Assembly (NCBI GenBank): GCA_030141605.1
Contig: JAQGDQ010000328.1
Location: 134,843-198,842, forward strand
DNA: 64,000 nt
From: Tubiluchus corallicola
Lineage: Eukaryota; Animalia; Priapulida
Reading direction: 5' to 3'
Shown in pieces: positions 56,544 through 64,000 of this stretch. The position numbers were made by a program, and so were the translations under genes. The notes beneath the pieces were generated by a model that was not told the origin of the DNA, searched no databases, and saw nothing but the letters and a program-made list of their open reading frames with translations. Position 1 is the stretch's first letter; each line of letters starts with the position of its first letter.

Positions 56544-57110
56544 CTACGGCCAAATCACGTTGAAAACACCGGCTGTCGTCTGATCACCGAATCTAAGCAA
56601 CGTAGAGCCTGGTTAGTGCTTGGATGAGTGACTGCCAAGAAATACCAGGTGCTGTAGGCTTGCGGGATGCCCACACTGTATCTCGACACTAGGCGGAGGA
56701 GAGCTGCACAAGCAGCCAATAGCTAGAGGGCGAAGGAGGTCAAGTGACCCAACGGCCATGTGTGGAGGAGTAAACCTTCCAAACCAGGAGTGGAGCCCCG
56801 AAGGCGGACCAGTGCAGCATGCTCACTGACCCCGGCAGCTCCTGCAACCAACCTGGTGCCAAACGTATCGCTCCGCTTTCCTTTGGACTACATCAGGGAG
56901 GAAGAGAGGGGGTTCCTGTTGTCTGGGCAACACAGGATCTCCATACACCTTGCCCAGGCGTACGCCCTGGAGTGGCCACTCCAGTGGTTTAAGGATCGTA
57001 CTGCTCAGGCACAGTCGACGCTGCAGCTCCATCAATGTGATCAATAACTGACTCTCTCGGCGCACACTCCATTGTTTTCCGAGAAAGATGCCAACCATGT
57101 CAGTTAGATG
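56544..57110 (+). mobile_element. 5S rRNA-derived SINE (SINE3-type) with RTE-like body and tail
   Basis: 56544-56661 is a near full-length 5S rRNA-like sequence (ctacggccaaatcacgttgaaaacacc...ggttagtgcttggatg...gctgtaggctt) with no poly-T terminator, followed by a 450-bp body shared with the copy at 39345-39808. Flanked by a 12-bp direct repeat tcagttagttaa (56532-56543 and 57111-57122). Confidence 0.85.
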
Positions 57111-57617
57111 TCAGTTAGTTAATAATGCGTTGTTGGACTTCTAAAATAGCCAGTTGTTTAAAAAGTCAATATCAAGATAAATTACTTTGTTTGCATAATT
57201 TTATTGTGTTAACTGACAGATACCTTTTGTCATTTCCGACCAAAACAATGAAAAAAATTCAAATTTAAAACTTATATCAATGAAATCTCATTAAAAAGTT
57301 TCAAAATTACTTAAAGTGTAAAAAGCCAGCTGATTGCCTTGACCATTGACTTCACTTTTCGTAGTAGGGCTACTGTAAAGTCTGTTATAGCAACTGCTTG
57401 AACGCCATCAATCGCTAGTACTTTGATCCTTTTGTGACTGTTTTTGTGTGTTTTTATATTTACAATAATTATCATACCTACTATTTAGAACATCGCGAAA
57501 CCGATAAGCATTGTTCCTAATGACGCAGAAGAATGCATTTTTTCCTTCCTTTGCATTCGAAAAAGTAAACTGTTAGTAAGCTGCTTTTTGAGATTAACCG
57601 CAGTGAGAATCTAACTC

Positions 57618-58320
57618 ATGGTGAGTGAAAGCATGGAGAACTTCCTAGTGCTTTTTATTATTTGCACTGTGTTCAAACCGGCTTTATGTAGAGATTGTGG
57701 ACAAGACGAAATTGATCAGATACGTCCATGCAAGTTTGTAAAGAAACAGCCACTTTCAGATTATATTCCGCTCGGCGTTGTACCGCTAAAACTAGTAAAA
57801 GAGGGAAACGAGGAATTCGAACTAAGCGAATCGAACGATTGCAATGCTGTCTTGTGCGAAGAACGATTCTCGAGGGCACAATTTGTTAATTGGACTTCAC
57901 ACGTGAAAATCCCCATAAGGCACCTTGAAATAAAGAAGTATGCTGACACAGAAATGCCGGACCAGTTTCTACGTGTTCTGGCGGCTTCTGGAGAGGAGGT
58001 ACATACGATAAACGTAATAGATACCAATTTGGAACGTATCACAGAAGAAGCTGTTTACCACCATGGCAACAAACTTATTCAGATAAACATAATGTACAAT
58101 TCCAAACTGAAATGTATACAAATGAACACGTTTAAAAAGCTCCACGTTCTTCGGAATATAATTATCAAGGGAAATCCATTATTGAATTTGTACAATATCG
58201 ACTTACACAGTCAAAATTTTTTGAAAATGATGATGATCTCGGAGTGTCCAAAAATAGAACGTCTTAGACCTAGTTTCCATGATCACCTGAAAACTATGAA
58301 CGCATCGATCGTATTGTATA
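57618..58320 (+). CDS. Gene C exon 1: signal peptide, Cys-containing N-terminal region and leucine-rich repeats
   Basis: Long ORF with hydrophobic FLVLFIICTVF leader and degenerate LxxLxLxxN repeats (VHTINVIDTNL, LIQINIMYNSKL, LRNIIIKGNPLL); gtaagt donor at 58321, phase 1. ATG at 57633 is an alternative start. Confidence 0.8.
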
Positions 58321-58338
58321 GTAAGTATCGATTATAAT

Positions 58339-59040
58339 GGTGCGTTCAGATGTACAGGCTTGTCTCGCAACTTGTTTCGTAATTTCTTTCTAAGAGTAAA
58401 GTTGCACGTGTGAACGGCTTGGTAATTTCTCTCGCAACTTGTTGCGCAACTTCTCTACGAGAGTAAAGTTGCACGTGTGAACGGCTTGGTAATTTCTCTC
58501 GCAACTTGTTGCGCAACTTCTCTATGAAAGTAAAGTTGCAGGTGTGAACGACTTGGTAATTTCTCTCGCAACTTGTTGCGCAACTTCTCTATGAGAGTAA
58601 AGTTGCACGTGTGAACGGCTTGGTAATTTCTCCCGCAACTTGTTGTGCAACTTCTCTATGAGCGTAAAGTTGCACGTGTGAACGGCTTGGTAATTTCTCT
58701 CGCAACTTGTTGCACAACTTTTCTATGAGAGTAAAGTTGCACGTGTTTGACTTGGTAATTTCTCTCGCAACTTGTTGCGCAACTTCTCTATGAGAGTAAA
58801 GTTGCAGGTGTTTGACTTGCTAATTTCTCTCGCAACTTGTTGCGCAACTTCTCTATGAGAGTAAGGTTGCACGTGTGAAAGGCTTGGCAACTTTTTCGCA
58901 AATCATTAGGGAAGTTAACTCCCAGCTTCTCTCGCTGCTGAGTTTGCAATAAGTTGCCCAGCCATTCGCACGTGCAATTTTACTCTCAGGGAAAAATTGC
59001 GCAACATATTGCGACAAATGTCTCTACATCTGAACGCGCC
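58339..59040. mobile_element. MITE containing about 8 tandem copies of a 67-bp unit
   Basis: 16-bp TIRs ggtgcgttcagatgta / tacatctgaacgcgcc; internal unit gttgcgcaacttctctatgagagtaaagttgcacgtgtgaacggcttggtaatttctctcgcaactt. Confidence 0.8.
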
Positions 59041-61084
59041 ATGAGCAATCATTGTCAAAATATTAACATATAATATAACGAAGTATAATCAAACTTGTGC
59101 TTGTTGAGCTTGCTTTAGATATTTTAGCGCTCAACAAATAGTCACATGACCCAAGCCACTTGTGCCACCGAAGCGGGGATCTTCCCATACCTTGCTAGTT
59201 TACTGTCAAATGCTCCCCATAATCTCTGAGACAAAATACTATAAGCAAGTTCTGTAAGTTTGGAATGCTGGTAAACCTGCACAGGGCGTGGGAACTGTTA
59301 ATAATCGCCTGCAGTGATAGTTTGCTAGTTTTTCAAATTACTAATCAAATTTTAGGCCTGTCGTTAATTTTGAGAATCTCTTTGATTTATTGGGCATCAA
59401 CAGATTAAAAGCAAGATTAATTTTATTAATTTTTGGAAACCTCTTGCCAGGTTTTTCTCATCAAATGTCAGCTTTTACAAAAAAGATTATCATGGACAGG
59501 AGTAAAATGATTATCCATTGGTACACTTTGCTAATGAAACATCCAGCTATCTGTATACACTAGAAAGTCTGGCTAATTCGCAAAATAAACGTATAATTGT
59601 ATCACGACCCTTTTCTCGATAGATTGATCGTATAGTTTATCTAGCCGTATCGAGTGATCATGAATTAATCGTATAGATTTATAGATTGTGTAGATTGTGT
59701 AGATTCGCTTCCCGTTCGCTATGAGGTGATTGACCGCTTTTCAGTCACCTGACTCCGAGAGTTTAGTTTGCTTTAATTTAGTCTATCAGGCAATGATGAT
59801 GTCCTTCAAGACTTTCACTTTGACCTTGCGTTGTGAGTAAAGGTCTTCTTCCCTCAAGTTATCGAGCGTAGCTCCCGCAATTGAGCTTTCTTTAGTACAA
59901 TGCGAATCTCTCAAGTTCGTATCTAGGAATTAGTGTTGCTTTACTTTGAACGCTCTTAATCATACAAGAACTCGTTATCTGCGTTACTACAGTGAATAGA
60001 TTTTATTCGTTTACAAATTACACGTGATCTACTCTGGCTTACTTTACAAGATTTGTCCTTATGCGCCGGTGGGCGCTTACAACTAGAGTATAGCTCCAGA
60101 GAAGATGCTTATTCACTTTAATTGATAACAGTTCTATATGCTGCACTTATGGTGCTTAATACAATGTGAATGCTACAGTTATACAGATTTATGCTCAGAT
60201 ACAAATAAGTTGAAATCACTTAACTTGTGGATTGACCAATGTACCCTTAGACTTGGTCAAATCCTGATAGCTTATCGAGACTTCGTCGCACCAGTGCTCA
60301 GTCTTTGGCTGAGAATGTAGAATCGTCCACGCTGGGCTAAAACGATGTTCCTCTCGTCTAGAAGATTGTCTCGGACACAACACGATGGTGGCAACCACTG
60401 TCAGACTCTCCCCTTCGCTGTGCGTGTGTGTGTGACTCTCACATCACCCCGTTGTGTAAAGCTATAGTATCTTACCAGAGTTTATATTTTTGTGAGCTGA
60501 CCTTCGAAGAGATTGCACCATATGGCAACATCCAGCAACACCTGCGGCAGATGCTACCTCCCGTCAAGTGACTTCGGATTTTACAATCAGTAATGTGTTC
60601 TCTAGAATTCCATCGTCTTTTGAGATCTTCCTACCATCGTCGGCAAATCTTCAGATTTCTCTCTCTAATGTCGCTGAGCACTGATAGAGACCTTGGCTGC
60701 TGCTATCATAAAGTTACTTCCTCGCGACATCTAAATCGCTCTATAGAACCTCTCTTAATTAGTTCTAACTCTGCATGTATCCTTTAGAGACAACAGTGTC
60801 TTCCTTAGACAAGACAAGTGCATCTCTATGACACGTGTGACAATTCGTGTCACATTAAATTCGTACCTATCACCTGGGTGAGTTTCTCTGTCAACCAATA
60901 AATTTATCTTATGAAATCAGGGAGGCGTGAGTTTATCCACTGAATCTAATTCAGCTGATAACTCCATTAATTATCTTCCAAAATACATTTTCATAAATTT
61001 ATTCACAACAATTGCTCTCTAAATCCTAGTAAGTAATAAACAGGGACGTCTTATCTGTACTTTGTTTAACCAGTTATCTTTGCA

Positions 61085-62982
61085 CCAATCCACTTTTTCG
61101 CCAGTCCACTTTTTCGCTAGTCTACTTTTTCGCCAGTCTACTTTTTCGCCAGTCTACTTTTTCGCCAGTCTACTTTTTCGCCAGTCTACTTTTTCGCCAG
61201 TCTACTTTTTCGCCAGTCCACTTTTTCACTAGTCTACTTTTTCGCCAGTCCACTTTTTCGCTACTTTTTCGTCAGTCCACTTTTTCGCCAGTCCACTTTT
61301 TCGTCAGTCCACTTTTTCGCCAGTCTACTTTTTCGTCAGTCCACTTTTTCGCCAGTCCACTTTTTCGCCAGTCCACTTTTTCGCCAGTCCACTTTTTCGC
61401 TAGTCTACTTTTTCGTCAGTCCACTTTTTCGCCAGTCTACTTTTTCGCCAGTCTACTTTTTCGCCAGTCCACTTTTTCGCCAGTCCACTTTTTCGTCAGT
61501 CTACTTTTTCGCCAGTCTACTTTTTCGCCAGTCCACTTTTTCGTCAGTCTACTTTTTCGCCAGTCTACTTTTTCGCCAGTCCACTTTTTCGCCAGTCCAC
61601 TTTTTCGCCAGTCTACTTTTTCGTCAGTCAACGTTTTCGTCAGTCTACTTTTTCGCCAGTCCACTTTTTCGCCAGTCTACTTTTTCGCCAGTCCACTTTT
61701 TCGCCAGTCTACTTTTTCGTCAGTCTACTTTTTCGCCAGTCTACTTTTTCGCCAGTCCACTTTTTCGCCAGTCCACTTTTTCGTCAGTCTACTTTTTCGT
61801 CAGTCTACTTTTTCGTCAGTCTACTTTTTCGTCAATCTACTTTTTCGTCAGTCTACTTTTTCGCCAGTCCACTTTTTCGCCAGTCCACTTCTACGCAGTA
61901 ATCTTTTCGCCAGTGTGACGCTCTGGGTTCTTATAGACCAGGTTATGTAACCGATTCTTAAACCGTATAATTTTTTTTATTAATTATGAGCTGTTTGATG
62001 ATATACCTGTTTTGAAATCAGATGTTTACCTGTATATTCAATGTCACCGTTTTATGCATTACTATATAATGTGATTGAAGCCAAGTAGACGAAATTTTTG
62101 TCTGTTGAGTTTGTCCAAGCATTCCGCTCTAAGCCATTGAGTTGTGTAGACGTTCTCGTGTCGTGACGATGGTCTAGTAGCTATAGTGTTTACTTGCAGA
62201 AAAGAAATCTGTCAACATGGTGTATGATGTATATGATAGCTAAAGACTTGCTTGCTAAAGATGATACTTACCTGATGCTCGTGATATTTATCTAATGCTG
62301 ATGATACTTACCTGTTATCGATGATACGTACCTGATGCTCATGATATTTATCTGATGCCGATGATACTTACCTGTTACTGATGAGTATGATGTATGATTT
62401 ATTGTACACCCCTGAAGGACTTACCCCTGTTTACACACCCTTTAAAGGAAACCATGTCGATACCTGCTGCCATATAAGTGTGGTACCGACATGTCCAGAA
62501 AGACGTATTTTGAAGATTTTCGGGTCATAACTCATGCAAATTAAAGCGTCACGACCCGAAATTGTAACATGTGTTGGCCCTCCACCTTAGCTAGAAGCAC
62601 ACCAAATTTATTAAAACAGCTCTATCTAGTTTTTAAGTTATTCCAAAAAGATGCGTATCTCGGAAACTAATAACAGCAGATTCTGAAAGTTAAATCTGCG
62701 TTTTATAGTGAATCGAACGATATATGGCACGCCTCTGTAGGGCTTATATCTTCCGTTTACAAAGCGTCTGAAAAACCCTGTCCGATCCCTGATATATCAA
62801 TGATTACATAAACATATAGGTAAGTCTTTATTGTTAATCACTTTTACACTGGGAAAAACATAGACTGGCGAAAAAGTGGACTGGTGAAAAGGTAGACTGG
62901 CGGAAAAGAAGCCTGGCGAAAAAGTAGTCTGGCGAAAAGTAGACTAGCGAAAAATTGGACTGGCGAAAAGGTAGACTGGCCT
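61085..62982. mobile_element. Foldback-like element with inverted subterminal 16-17 bp arrays
   Basis: (ccagtcyactttttcg)n at 61085-61915 and its reverse complement (agactggcgaaaaagt)n at 62860-62980. Confidence 0.65.
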
Positions 62983-63188
62983 TGACAACGAAATGAATGA
63001 ACTAGGTAAGGTTCTAGCTAGCTGTTAAAACTGTTACTATTATATTATAATGGCATGTGCTATGCCTTGTCTGATACTCTAGCTTTTGACCTTTTCACGA
63101 TCGTCATTAATCACTGGAACTGTAGAAAGGCTCACTAACATGGACTTATATAATCAACAGTTACCGACACTTTTAATTTGATTTTCAG

Positions 63189-63338
63189 GAAACAACCTCA
63201 TTTGCGACTCCTGTAATTTATTTTGGCTAAGGTTCAAATGGGCATCAGTTTACTTGGACTGCTCGCTGCCTGAACGCAAAATCAACGCCTCATTAAGTGA
63301 CATTACACAAACGTGCCTTTCTCCAACGCCACCGCCAC
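63189..63338 (+). CDS. Gene C exon 2: LRR C-terminal cap (LRRCT) and Pro-rich linker; gene continues beyond the right edge
   Basis: ttttcag/gtgag boundaries, 150 nt, phase 1-1. RNNLICDSCNLFWL...DCSLPE...ITQTCLSPTPPP has the four-Cys LRRCT pattern. Confidence 0.82.
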
Positions 63339-64000
63339 GTGAGTTACAGAAAAAAGGATACCTCTTGTTGAGACCATAGTAGCATCTTTTATTTTATTAT
63401 TTTTTTGTTTAGTTAGTTTGGGTTCCAAAAATAAGCATGCTAACTTTACACTACAGAAACCCCAACAAACGAGGTCACATAAATGTAAGAAAATTTGCAT
63501 AATGACGTAAAAATATGATATTTCTTTAATATTATAATATAATATTACAATATAATAGTAATATAATGTATCAGATATAATATCATAATGTTGCACATAA
63601 TGCACAAGTCCTGGTTATCTTGTTACATTTTTTTCTGGGACACTGCGCTTTGATTCTGTTCTCTGATTGAAAAACAATGAATACTAAACAGTTTGTTCAC
63701 ATTTTAATAAACAGTAGCGACAGGTTACCAGCTGCTGACCGAATGAAGGCAGTTACAGTGGTGCAGTGTGAATGAGTGCTGTAATACCGACAGCTAGGTA
63801 AGCAACCATTGACTCTGTCACCCTGCGTCAGGTGAGCAAGTAAAAGCAGCTGCAGTTGAATATCAGTCTCCAGCATTTTTATGACCTGAGTGAACCAATG
63901 ACATACAATCAGTTGCAATTACGCAAGTGTCAACTGATTCTAAAGCACTTGTGATATGTGAGTGAGAAAAGGTAGCTGCAACACCTGCTAAAATGTCAAA

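Noticed and set aside
56544-56661. Functional 5S rRNA gene
   Set aside because: Several substitutions, no oligo-T terminator, and fused to a repeated body with a target duplication; better explained as a SINE head (same for 39684-39808).
59595-60845. Possible LTR-retrotransposon fragment
   Set aside because: Higher GC and a gtgaca end are suggestive, but I found no paired LTR, clear primer-binding site, ORF or target duplication.

Overview
AT-rich, intron-rich animal (probably invertebrate) genomic DNA; the taxon cannot be determined from this window. By hand-splicing at GT-AG sites with consistent reading frame I recover three genes. Gene A (minus strand, 15247 to 830, runs off the left edge) encodes signal peptide + 5 WSC domains + FN3. 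Gene B (minus strand, 51278 to 22335, 14 exons, about 1030 aa as spliced) is a diverged tandem paralog: signal peptide + 5 WSC + FN3-like + 2 Ig-like + transmembrane helix + acidic tail with Tyr motifs and a PxIxIT-like motif. Gene C (plus strand, from 57618, runs off the right edge) encodes signal peptide + LRRs + LRRCT and is head-to-head with gene B. Introns and intergenic DNA hold two copies of a 5S-rRNA-headed SINE with an RTE-like tail, many MITEs (piggyBac-, hAT-, Tc1/mariner-, Kolobok-like), LINE fragments, probable solo LTRs, and mini/microsatellites. The main candidate novelty is the WSC x5-FN3-Ig-Ig receptor pair next to an LRR gene, which may be a glycan-recognition or immune receptor cluster. 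Domain and repeat-family names come from motif recognition by eye; no database search was run.
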